From assembly GCA_964016885.1 (NCBI GenBank), contig OZ024740.1, positions 330,956,001-331,020,000 of the forward strand: 64,000 bases of DNA, given 5' to 3'. Position 1 is the first letter of the stretch; each line of letters starts with the position of its first letter. Position numbers and translations under genes: made by a program. The notes below the pieces were generated by a model, which was not told the DNA's origin, did not search any database, and saw nothing but the letters and a program-made list of their open reading frames with translations. Of this stretch, positions 28,511-40,984 are shown piece after piece. The stretch comes from Eledone cirrhosa (lineage: Eukaryota).

Positions 28511-28865
28511 TAGTAAGAGAGTGAAGAATACCGTGGTCGGCTGTACAATTCTTTTAAAGAATAACAGTTGTTTCATTAGTCCAGCGTGTCTAAAATCGCT
28601 GATCGCTAGAACCCACGTCACTCGAATTTAACTAAAGTGGATACCCTGTCAAATCATCAGAATACTGATCTGTGTACATGATACAGTGCACTGTATCTCG
28701 TACAGAGATCAGTATTCTGATAATTTGGTCGGGTATTGACTTTAATTAAAATCGAGTGATGTCACTTCTAACGATCAGCAATTTTTAGACTCACCGAACC
28801 AATTGTTAATACCTTAAATAAACCCTATTCTACAGCCGACCACGTTATTCTTCACTCTTTTACTA
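28511..28865. repeat. Fold-back inverted repeat (~175-bp arms, centre GTGCAC at 28686-28691) with decayed long-stem-II hammerhead-like motifs
   Basis: TAGTAAGAGAGTGAAGAATACCGTGGTCGGCTGTA vs TACAGCCGACCACGTTATTCTTCACTCTTTTACTA; right arm GTATT CTGATAA ... GAAC CAATTG TT AATAC. Confidence 0.8.
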
Positions 28866-29025
28866 GTATTACTCCAATAACCACTTACCTAGGAACTTTC
28901 TTAAACCGGCAACCTGACTAAGGACACTTCTTGTTGAGTCAAGCCACGCCGAACGTTAAAACTATCCTCGATACAGAGTACTCTTAACCTCTACCTTGGA
29001 TTACCTTAAACGATATCTTGTTAGC

Positions 29026-29067
<42 letters not shown>

Positions 29068-29503
29068 GGTATAACACCCTTTTGGCCTTTTTCATTGGCA
29101 CTGGTTAAACAAGTTTTCGTCAAAGACAAACGAAACGTACGCACCTGGTATGGTGTCAATGTAGCACTGACCTAAATATTTATATTCAAACTTACCTTAA
29201 GTACTTGAGTTGCTCTACACCTTGGATTTTTATTTACGTTGTACTAATCGCTCCTTTCTCTCTGTATATATGTGTGTGTGCTTGTGAGTGGGTGTGGGTA
29301 TGTCTGCATACACACACTCACGGGGACATAAAGTATGCGCACCACAAATACACAGCACAGAGCTCATAAACAAGATGGTGTATGATAAAACTAAGTAGAT
29401 ACGAAAAATATCAAATTAATCAATCAGGAGTGATGAAACACCTTTGGCAACAAACAAATAAACAACCATCAAGTTATTAAAATATTCAATTTGAAATGTA
29501 TAC

Positions 29504-31830
29504 TAGCCATGTCCACCAAGCGGCCCTTTGCAAACACACCTGCTGCCCCCACAAAGGTTTTTACAGCGCCGGTATGTGTTATTTTCGTAATATAAAATAA
29601 CAAACAATTTTCCATACGATTTCTTTTTCTTTTTTTGTGAGATTTTTGTCAACTACTTTTAACTTTCTACGAATCACGCGCAGCTCATTAACATTTGCAA
29701 ACTGAAATCTTCCTTTTGGAATTTCTTTTTTAATGGATAGTTCTCCTCCAGTTAAGATAAAAACTAAATTGAACGAAGAAGGACGAGTGAACGGAAAGGT
29801 ACACAGTTTAATTTGCAACAACTGCATTACCACGCCAAAAGAGTACAATTTGAAAAGGCGTTATGAAACGAACCATCGATCTTACGATGAATATGTAGGC
29901 CCAATACGTGTTTCAAGACTCAAGGAATTGAAGGCTAACTTGACACAGCAACAGACCTGTTGTATGAAAATTCAGGAAGAGGATGTCGCTTCCGTTAATG
30001 CAAGTTATGAACTCGGCTGAAAGATTGCTATGGGTGGAAAATCTTTCAGTGAAGGAGATTTTGTAAAGCAAGGCCTTTTAAAAACAGCTGAAATGGTATT
30101 TCCAGAGAAAGCACGGTTATTCAAAGACATTTCATTAACCAGCAACACTTTTGTTGAACGGATTGATGAAATGTCAGGTTTTCTGAAATAACAGTTGAAG
30201 ACTGTATCATCAAGGTTTGGACATTTTTCTATTGCTATTGATGAGACCGTTGACATCACTGGAATAGCACAGGTTGCATTCTTCATCAGGGCCTGTAACA
30301 GTGAATTCATTATATATGAAGAAGTGATTAAACTGGTCCCCATGCATGGCACTATAACAAGACAGGACTTCTTTGAGAAGGTCGAGTAGGTTCTGCATCA
30401 CTATGGTGTTGATTTGAATAAACCTGCATGCTTATCTACTGATGGTGCTGCGAATATGGTTGGCAGACATCATGGTGTTGCTACCATGTTACGAACAAAA
30501 ATGGAAAACTCTCATCCAGATTCATCATTTGTACATTTTCACTGTATCACCAAAATGTATGTTCAAATATTTTTAAATTGCATCATGTGATTAGCTTGGT
30601 CTCAAAGACTGAACTATATCAGAGGTCATGCTCTCAACCGCCGTCAGTTCAGCCAGTTTTTGGAAGATATGGATAATCAGTTCGCAGATATTCTATTCTA
30701 CACAGAAGTCCGCTATTTCTCATGTCACAAAGTGCTGAAAGGATTCTATTTGTTGAGACAAGATATAATTATGTTTTTGGAGACGAAAGCTCAAAATACA
30801 GATGAAATAAAAGATGAAGGTTGGCTGTAAGATCTGGCTTTTGCTGTGGATATTACTGCGCAATTAAATTATCTTAATTTGAAATTACAAGGTAAAAACA
30901 AACTCATCACTTAAGTGTATGATGGCATCAAGTGTTTCATTAGAAAACTACGTTTATGTAAGTCACATTTGTCAAATAAAAATTTAGTTCATTTTCCTCC
31001 GTGCTAAATAACATTGCAATAATGATTTTGTGCTTGGCTTTGCTAAGCATGACAGTCACCAGGAATTGTTGTCAAACGAATTTCAGGAAAGATTTTGTGA
31101 TATCTCCTCTTTTGAACATCAGTTTGTATTATTCTCAGCACCATTCACCTTTGATGTTGCCAAGCAGAAGAAAGCCTGCAGATGGATCTATTGGAAATAC
31201 AGTCAGATTCTACACTCAGAGCAAAGTATCTTCAAGTGGAGATACCTGGTTTCTTTTATACATTCCTCAAAAGTTTAAAAACTTCAGAAAGTTTGCCACA
31301 AGGATTATGGAAATGTTTGGTTCTATCTATGTGTGTGAACAGTTATTTTCCTTCATGAAATTAACAAAACCTTCTCAGAGAACAAGGCTGACTGATAAAC
31401 ACTTGTCCTCCCTGATCGAAGTCGGAACTGTACAGACATTTCAGCCAGACATACCAAAATATGTCAACAAAAAGAGGTATCAAGCATCAGGACAAAACAC
31501 TAAAAATGTTTGCATAGTAGCAAATGCATATTCAGTTTTGAACTGTTGTAATTTTTATATAATGTATTTTTTGCTGTTGTAAACTGCAAGTATATGTTGC
31601 CATTTAAAACTTTAGTATTTTGACAAACCACTTCATTAATTTGTGTTTGTGAGGACTGCTAAAACGTTTGTATGTACATTGTATGTTTCTAAATTTAAGT
31701 AACAAATTTTTCTTCAATAAATTGTATTAAATGACTTCAATTAGTTGTAATGTGCACAATTAGTTGTCTTTGTGTGGCCTTCATACAACACATATGCAGC
31801 CTTTGGGGGACACTCAGTTTGACATGCCTG
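29504..31830 (+). mobile_element. hAT DNA transposon (Buster/SPIN/Charlie-like), full-length, with transposase pseudogene
   Basis: TIRs TAGCCATGTCCAC / (rc) CAGGCATGTCAAA; 8-bp flanks ATGTATAC / ATGTATTG (NNNTANNN). Motifs KEYNLKRRYETNH, FSIAIDETVDITGIAQVAFFIR, TDGAANMVG, MFGSIYVCEQLFSFMK. Many stops. Confidence 0.9.
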
Positions 31831-31998
31831 ATGTATTGAAGTGAAAAGAAACAGGTGCATATGTTTTTGTTGGCAGCATGAGCATCACAAGTTATAACTA
31901 TGTATATATATATAAACATTTCAGAATAATCAAAACTATGTTCAAAACATTTTATTGCTGACAATCGTTTCTTCCAAACTTTCGTTTGTGTTCGTCGT

Positions 31999-32442
31999 AG
32001 CACTAGCAAATTTTAGACATATAATTAACCTCCTATTCAACAGAACAATCGTAAAGATACATAGATATTAGTGTTGTCATAAACAGTGTCATATTTAAAG
32101 AGTGGAGATGATGTGGTCAGTATCAGTGGATGCGACAAAGATTATAAAAGAATATAACAATTATAGAGGAATTAAAGAAGAAAGTTACACGCAAAACGAG
32201 GACATTAGCAGTACATGTGCTTGCATATGTACTGCTATTGTCCTCGTTTTGCGAGTAACTTTCTTCTTTAATTCCTCTATAATTGTTATATTATTCTTTT
32301 ATAATCTTTGTCGCAACCACTCATACTGACCACAACATCTTCACTCTTTAAATATGACACTGTTGATGACAACACTAATATCTATGTATCTTTACGATTG
32401 TTCTGTTGGAGGTTAATTATATGTCTATACTTTGCTAGTGCT
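31999..32442. repeat. Fold-back inverted repeat (~220-bp arms, ~2-nt spacer)
   Basis: AGCACTAGCAAA...AGCAGTACATGTGC TT GCATATGTACTGCT...TTTGCTAGTGCT. Confidence 0.9.
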
Positions 32443-32939
32443 CCGATTATTCATTATTTTCATTATTTTATCATTTTTTCATGCTTTTTTTATTTTTTCA
32501 TAATTTTTCATTGCTAATTTTAACTGATAGAGGATGACATTAATTTATTGTTTCTTTACATTTTCACACTCCACATTTTAGGATATATTCCGTATTTACT
32601 TAAAAGAAGGTTTTCAATTCCTACTTTCCATTTGTATTGCTAACTTTAATTAACGTTGAGTGTGTGCACCTATGCGCGCGCGCGTGCGCGTGTGTGTCTA
32701 TATGTATGTGGGGTATATGTATGTATAATTACCATGCTGTTTACCGATATTTTTTATCTCTCACTATTTATTCATCTGATGGAGCATGATATTTACTAGT
32801 TTTCGTTTAGATTATCGCAATCTCTACCTTATGCTATATTATTTAATTTACTATAATTCAAAACTTTAAATTTCGCTTATTCAGTCTTATTTACCAATTT
32901 AATTTCCATTAGGAAACCATAGTATCTCGACCCAAAATT

Positions 32940-33480
32940 AGGCCACTTTGTGGGTAGTATAAAAAAGCCACTAAAACTCATAATCTCCCTCTACAACAGG
33001 ATTTTGGTCTTCGGTCAGCAAAATATCGGCCGGATTCGAGATTGGCTGACTGGCAGCCTGCTACCTTACACGAGGGAGAGGGTATAATCATTCGTAGGAT
33101 TATTTGCTTTGGCTTGCAATAGTAATCAACTACATATCCAACTTTTAAACATGCGCTGAGCTGTTGGCATGAAATGAAGCTCACAGGGGTAAGAGCATTC
33201 GATTCATGAACATCGCTGTTTGTCCATTCCCTTGTCACTTCAATTTGTTATTACCTCCTTGATTGTAATCTTATTATGTAAGATGATGCCTGATGAAATA
33301 ATGGCACTGGAGACTACGCCGAATCGTATGGCCACGGTCATCATCGAAATATGTATCACGGACTTTTCAATAAAGGACTTTATCATCTAAACTTCGTATT
33401 TCCTTATTCTAAATATACCCCGTCACACCTACGTGGAAAATGCCCGTTGAGTTCTCGAATAGAATTACATCAATGTTTTA
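32940..33480 (+). mobile_element. Decayed PLE 3' end/pseudo-LTR with degenerate hammerhead (~33287-33361); relative of 26985-27365
   Basis: CTGATGA AATAATGGC...GTCATCATC GAAA TATGTA TC; downstream TAAAGGACT...TTTCCTTATTC...CCGTCAC...GTGGAAAA...CGTTGAGT...CATCAATGTTTTA shared with 27252-27363. Confidence 0.55.
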
Positions 33481-33505
33481 CTGCATATAAATATATATAT
33501 ACATA

Positions 33506-33619
<114 letters not shown>

Positions 33620-33740
33620 AAGAGAGAGATAGATACTACAGCAGAGTACTTAATACTTAGGATAGTAGATAGGGCAAAGATATGCAAAGATTCAGGACCA
33701 CCACGCCCGGACTCAGTCATCGGGGCCCCGAACCGTTTCA

Positions 33741-33795
<55 letters not shown>

Positions 33796-34141
33796 AGATT
33801 TGAATGGATACAGTTTAGTTGAAAGGAATTTATTGACACGTGTTTCTATAACAGTTACATAACCTAAAACAGCTATCTACAAACTTTTAGTTATGCAGAC
33901 ATTCAATATTTCAATGTTATTATTTACTGTCATTTCATCAGAATAATATTACTGAGGACCTATTTAGTTTTTATAGAGAATATTAGGAGGAAGGGGTGAA
34001 GTTGTTAGAAGAATAGTTGAAGGAGTGGTTTTTCGATAGCAGTGAGAATTCTTGGTGGCAGTGATTAATTAGATTCCCATCTGTTGTTTTGACATTTTTT
34101 ATAGAATATATTATTGGTTATTTTTCTAAATCTATAGAAGG

Positions 34142-34200
34142 ATTAAATGTACATATGTCAACTGTTTTAAATGGTTGTATATATAAACACACACATACAC

Positions 34201-34254
<54 letters not shown>

Positions 34255-34313
34255 GTGTATGTGTGTGTTTATATATACAACCATTTAAAACAGTTGACAT
34301 ATGTACATTTAAT
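34142..34313. repeat. Near-perfect 172-bp palindrome centred on (TA)n
   Basis: ATTAAATGTACATATGTCAACTG...CAGTTGACATATGTACATTTAAT. Confidence 0.92.
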
Positions 34314-34603
34314 TTTACTAGCTTTATTTTCTCTTCATTCTGCTCTCTACTCTATGTTCACCTCTATTCTTGTATTTTTTAATGATAGCTGTTTGCATAT
34401 AAGAGCTATTTTGTTTTTAACGCCAGAAATATGTTAGCATCTTACCGTTCCTTAAAGTAAGAAGAATGACAAGCTTTAGTTGATGTTATCCTAAAAGCTG
34501 TTAGAACCTAAAGAACTAGATTTTAGTCGTTATTGTGTATCTGCTTTGAATTCTCCTTATTTTGAGATTTAGAATTTGAAAGGAAGCCCCCATATATATA
34601 TAT

Positions 34604-36334
34604 ATATGTAGTTTAGAAAGCCACAACAATGAAGATGGGAAATCTCGAGGTAGGAAGTGAGTAAGAAGTGAGTAAGAAATAGGAGAAAAGTGAAAATGAG
34701 AGAAACGAAAACAAAACAAAGGTAGAAGGATTACCGAAGTGGAGATTTAATCCCAATATTTCGGGCTCACGCCCATCAACGGGGGTAAAGTTCCAAAAGG
34801 GGGGGGGGCAGGCTAAGCCGGAGAAAGTTGTTGTATTGTCATTAAAACATAGGAATGCCGTTATGGGGAAAATTCAAACGAGGGAAAGAGTGCGCGTGCG
34901 CGCGATAGGCTGTGGCAAACTCTACTGACCAATTGGGTTAGATCAATAGGGTGCGCTAGCGCGTGAAAGCCGTAAAATATGTGTGTGTAAATATATATGT
35001 GTGTGTAACTGTGTGTGTATATGTGTATGTGTGTATGTATGTGAGTGTGTGTGTGTGAAAGATAGTGGGCCGTAGAAGCTGGAATTCAAAGGGTGTGTAA
35101 TCTACTCAAGTCTAATGGGTATCCCAAGCGACTGATTAACGGAATTAGAGACCCCAGACCCAATAGACAGACACCCACTAGAAACTTAGATAAATACAAT
35201 TGCTTCTTTAAAATCCCTCACCTGAGTAAATATACCACGAACGCCGTCCGCAGGGCCATACGGAGGGAGGGACTTGATATACATTTGGCCCACACAGGAC
35301 CTTCGCTCCGAAGATGCCTCTCCACCAAACCCGACGAGTCAGATGGGACGTGTTCCCTCAGCAACTGCCCAATACGGGGGGCAGATTGCCTACGCACCTA
35401 CCTATGTCGTATATAAGATTCAATGTGATAAATGTAACAAGTTTTACATAGGCAGCACCATCCGAACCCTACATATTCGTATCAAGGAACATGTCAACAC
35501 CAACGCATCTTCCTTCCGTAAACACATCCTTAAATGCGGAAACCCACAGGGCAGACCCTTGGTCACAGTCCTAGCGACTGAACGCAGCATCGGATCCCTA
35601 AGGATAAAGGAAGCACTTGTTATTAAGAACCTCAGACCCCCACTTAACAACCGGGCTGAGAGAAATGAACTGACATGGCTAATCTAGCCATAGTGACCAG
35701 TAACAGGCTCTACGGCCTACTATCTTTGACACACACGCACTTATATGTATACCCATACACATACACACACACACACACATACACACACGTCTATATTTAT
35801 ACACGCACACATGTTTATACAACCTACCACCTTTCACACCCTTTGAATTCCAGCTTCTACGGCCCACTATCTTTCACACACACACACTCACATACATACA
35901 CACATACACATATACACACACAGTTACACACACATATATATTTACACACACATATTTTACGGCTTTCACGCGCTAGCGCACCCTATTGATCTAACCCAAT
36001 TGGTCAGTAGCTTTTGCCACAGCCTATCGGGCGCACGCGCACTCTTTCCCTCGTTTGAATTTTCCCCATAACGGTTTTTCTATGTTTTAACGACAATACA
36101 ACAACTTTCTCCGGCTTAGCCTGCCCCCCCCCCCCCCCCTTTTGGAACTTTTTCCCCGTTGATGGGCGTGAGCCCGAAATATTGGGATTAAATCTCCACT
36201 ACGGTAATCCTTCTACCTTTGTTTTGTTTTCGTTTCTCTCATTTTCACTTTTCTCCTATTTCTTACTCACTTCTTACTCACTTCCTACCTCGAGATTTCC
36301 CATCTGCATTGTTGTGGCTTTCTAAACTACATAT
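34604..36334 (+). mobile_element. 5'-truncated PLE (Penelope/Poseidon/Neptune type) with inverted pseudo-LTR; GIY-YIG fragment at 35095-35687
   Basis: LKSNGYPKRLI; VVYKIQCDKCNKFYIGSTIRTLHIRIKEH; IKEALVIKNLRPPLN. 34604-35097 is the reverse complement of 35835-36334. Confidence 0.9.
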
Positions 36335-36381
36335 TTTACATATTTAACAATGCTTCAAGCAAACTTTAACACCCTCATATA

Positions 36382-36528
<147 letters not shown>

Positions 36529-36979
36529 CATAAAATATCTTAATGGTTATATTCACATATACGAGAGGAAAATGAAAATATACGTTAACAACATTTTGGA
36601 TGATTTGATCTAAAGCTTATGCTTTATCAAACATCGATGGTTAATAAACGCTAAAAGGTTCATGGCACTAAAAATAAAGCAGATCATATATTCACCGGCG
36701 AGAGTCCATCAGTCTGAAAAACTTATGAATAAAAACAATACGTTTACACTTTACACGCATAGTTTGCCTTTCAATTATTTAAAATGCTTATATCGACACA
36801 ATACTTGCACAAATTACTACAAAATTCATTATATATCCAAGTTACATCAGACCTAAATGAATTGAGTTTGTCACTATTTTACACTTCCCTTATGAGTTTC
36901 AGGAAATGTTCATACCGTGTAAAATAAGGAAGAAAAATAGTGACTAAACAAAGCTTCAAATGTAAAGAAAAAAACTATA

Positions 36980-37006
<27 letters not shown>

Positions 37007-37015
<9 letters not shown>

Positions 37016-37415
37016 AACAAAAGATGGTTAAAGGAGTTCCATATATTTTATTATGCGCATTTCAAAAACAAATATCATCATGCAATAATATTTGTGTTTT
37101 CATCAGATAAAACAGGAGGACATGATATGAAGGCTAAAAACACTTGTGGATAGTTCAGTTTTAAATCAACATATGAGAAGTAGTTTTAGATTGATGTGTG
37201 ATATTTTTTTTTTCCCAATATCACACATCAATCTAAAACTACTTCTCATATGTTGATTTAAAACTGAACTATCCACAAGTGTTTTTTAGCCTTCATATCA
37301 TGTCCTCCTGTTTTATCTGATGAAAACACAAATATTATTGCATGATGATATTTGTTTTTGAAATGCGCATAATAAAATACATGGAACTCCTTTAACCATA
37401 TTTTGTTCTTATATA
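37007..37415. repeat. Fold-back palindrome (~200-bp arms) carrying two divergent intact hammerheads (37045-37113 minus, 37310-37378 plus)
   Basis: GTTTTAT CTGATGA AAACACAAATAT...ATATTTGTTTTT GAAA TGCGCA TA ATAAAAT on each arm; loop ~37206-37217. Confidence 0.9.
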
Positions 37416-37994
37416 TTATGTATACTCCAGTCCTACAAACTGTAGAGTGCTTCTTATCCGATATCTGCATTGCTTTATTGTACTACAATAAAACTCACCT
37501 CCTACATTATATATATATATATATATATATATACATACAGTATATATAAAACTGTAGTTGACTGTGTGTGTCCTCATTTTTGCAAAGTCTATACAAATGC
37601 ACATTTCTACTCCGATTGACTTCAAACTTGTATTTATATATTCCTTGTGGTCGAACGATATTAACTGGATCTTTTATTTTTCAATTTTCTGTTGTTAAAG
37701 CGGTGTTGGGCGCTGGTTATCCATGTCCTTCGCGCTCTTATAAGATCTGTCTGTACGGCTGGCTGTCTGCATTTTGACATTTTGACAAACATTGATGACG
37801 TATTATGTTCGTTATTTTCCGTTCATTGTCAGGGAACGTCTTCACGAACGAAAGTATCGTCTTCCTGTCTTCCTTCGGTTGCAACGTTTTTCGAAATATT
37901 TACTTCTGTGTTCAGAGATTGATTTTTTTGTTTCAGAAGATCCCGTTAAGGGTAAAAGCAGCTATTATTCGCTTAAACTTTAATCTGTTATTTT

Positions 37995-38704
37995 AATATA
38001 TAATATAAGCGAGGCAAGCCAGCTTGGTTGTACTTCTTGTCAATAAACATTAACCTTTTGTGCATCATTCATCAAACTGTAGACCAACAAATACCAACTA
38101 AACGGAGCATTGACAAGAACGATGGCGAATGAATCTTCGAGGTAAGCAGTTTGCACCCGAGCTGTTAGTTCACGCGGGATTCTCTGTTACACCTTTTCGT
38201 AATAATACCGAACAACGTACTGCTGGTCACTCCTTCCTCCAAAAGCCGTAGAAAGCGGACATGTGCATCGGGCAGATGGACCGGGTGCAAATGTACAGCA
38301 GGCCTACTCGAGAAATTCGCAAGGGACTGCACCGAATAGGATAGAGAGATAGAGAGAGAGTAACTTAGTGGAAAGAGTGCGAATGAACTTTGGTGGTAAG
38401 AAGTCTACGCCTTACTGCAATGACACTGGAACCTTCTGCCAACTTAACCTGTGACTTTCTCTTCACATTTACACCAAAAGGCCAAAACAAAGGAGTATGA
38501 AAAGAAGGGGCTGAACAATATTTCTATGAACAATGCACGTAGACAGCTAAACTGTACTTTCAACTTCTGAATTTTCTCCAAATAAAAAAGTCTCCTGTCG
38601 CTATATTTTCGTGAGTTTTTAACAGGCACTCACAAATAATCGTTTCTCATTGGAAGTGCTATTACCAATGTTCTTACCCGTGCAACACCGGGATACACTG
38701 CTAG
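37995..38704 (+). mobile_element. Non-autonomous Helitron-like element (3' end well supported, 5' end approximate)
   Basis: Subterminal hairpin CCCGTGCAACACCGGG (38677-38692), then CTAG|T at 38701-38705. A weaker second end, CCGGGTACAGTGTCTAG, lies near 39321-39337. Confidence 0.6.
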
Positions 38705-39591
38705 TATATATATATATATATATATGTTATGGACTGCGAAGCTTATATGAAGCATCGTCTATATATGGATTGTTTCTGCTACACGTCTCTTAAAATGCGA
38801 TTATTCTCCACATTGCAAACATACTGAGATACTGACACCACTTCACTGGCCTTTCTTAGCTTCACGTTTAATGCTAGTCTATTCTAAAGCAGATTCAAGA
38901 AAACGTCTTTAACGTTAACTAAACCGATGCAATACTTTGTTCTAGATAATGCCATGATCTTTCAGCGAATTGAATCAGTTTGCACTTTGTTAAGAAATCT
39001 TTCACACAATATTTTAAACGTACGTTTGTCTTGTGCTGTGTTCTTACACTAGGCATTACTTCGGCATAAATGTATTTACAATGTCCCTTTAAAAACGTAC
39101 GTTAGCAAAATACGTATTTAATCTCAATCATGTCTTTACGGTTTAATTAAAGTATACAAGCGATGAGTTTGCCTTTCATATAGTTATTGTTTTTAGTCAG
39201 GTATTATCTAAAACTAGATTCAATTGAGTAAACATGTCTATGAAATTGATGCTTCAAAATCTTTACAATTTTCAGAGACGTTTGTCAGTAGTACAACACA
39301 TTGCGTTTGAAAAGGAATAGCCGGGTACAGTGTCTAGGAGCTAATATAAATATTACATACAGAGTGAAGAATTGTTTAACCATGTGGTGCGATACCTCTA
39401 TTTATCAACAAGAAGAAAGTGAGCTGGCAGAGAGAGTAAAATATTTTTGAAATAAATTTGCTTCCAAAATTTGAAGATGAATCGAGAAACGATGCAATAT
39501 ATACCTGCAATACAAGAAAATTTCTCTTTATGAAGAACAATCCAATTGGATTGTTCTTCATAAAGAGAAATCATTAGCATTGCCTCACTGT

Positions 39592-39812
39592 AAGTGATGG
39601 GGATTGGCAGAATTGTTAGAGCGTCGGATAACATGATTTGCCGCTTAGCTTTGGCTTATACGGTCCGAGTTCAAATCCACCCGAGGTTACATTTGCCTTT
39701 CATCCTTACGGGATCGATAATATAAAGTTACAGGAACGCACTGGGGTCTATTTAATCTACATTCCCTTACTAAAAGATTACTGGCCTTGTGCCTAAATCA
39801 GAAACCATTATT
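39592..39812 (+). mobile_element. tRNA-derived SINE, copy 4
   Basis: B-box GAGTTCAAATCC, core and tail; 13-bp TSD ATTGCCTCACTGT at 39579-39591 and 39813-39825. Confidence 0.88.
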
Positions 39813-40929
39813 ATTGCCTCACTGTTTGAGAGTAAACTCATATAGTCATCAAATCCCCCCGTTTAAATTATCTTACGATTCACCATTCCTCATTTAATTT
39901 CAAAGTTCCATCCGAATTCTCTATTTAATTAGGTAACATATTTCACATACATAATTACGTAGCTAATTTCAGCTAACAAGTTACCAATATATTATTTCAC
40001 TCAAACCTAGATGTTATTGCTGCACACTATTCAATCGATAATTACTAAGCTATACATTTGTTTGGTTTATATATTTTTACTATTCACCTGCTAGAATAGA
40101 TAGTGTTAGAAGTAAGAATGGAATTTCAGTGGACTAATAGTTGCTCTCGTTAAAGTGGTACAAGTTCAATAAAAATAACATAAGTGATCATATCCTTGTG
40201 AGGTACATAATTAGTATACACCTTTCGTAACGTATATTATTGACAATTAATCAAATTGGGGGCTTGTAGCTAGGAAAAATAATCAAAAACGGTGCTTCAA
40301 ATGACATTAGTTTAAGAATGGCATTTTGGATGATGGCCAGTAAAATTACAGAATGATAAGAATTGAAATGAATGTGATCAAATATCTTGTATTAGTAACA
40401 AACTTATAGACTATTCGTAGCGATGGATATTTTACTTAAGTATCATAAATATCGATAAAATGATACTTGTGTCCAAAACAGATTGTTTCTGATAAGATCT
40501 GATGCATATGATTCATAATAGAAATCTCTTATCTTAATATATACTACCTTGTCAATGGAGATCAATAAACTCGCCCAATTCATGCTGCATTAGATCCAGA
40601 TTCGCTAGAGGAGACAGAGCGTAATATGGTCAAAGTAGTGAAGTAAATGATTGGAATAGGTAACTGAGTGTAGACATCGTTTAAATGAATTAGTTACCTC
40701 GTATAAACAGAAAAGGCTGATGGAGGATTATTGTTGCCTGGAAGATTAAATGTTATTGAAAATGCACACATGATAAATGCGGCAAACCTGTCTATCCAGT
40801 CATAGACGAAAAGTTGGTAAAACGAGATTCAGAACGATATACGCAATGCTATACTACCGAATTAATAATGCTAGTAATTTCTCTAGAATAATCAAGTCGT
40901 TAAGGGCTCAAACTAAGAGGCTGCAAATG

Positions 40930-40980
<51 letters not shown>

Positions 40981-40984
<4 letters not shown>

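Noticed and set aside
29733-31582. Host gene of the GTF2IRD2/ZBED/EPM2AIP1 type
   Set aside because: Multiple stops and frameshifts plus TIRs and a TSD indicate a decayed transposon, not a domesticated gene.
33900-33950. Minus-strand CTGATGA AATG...CATT GAAA motif
   Set aside because: Core and stem II are present, but I could not close stem I in register; at best a decayed copy.
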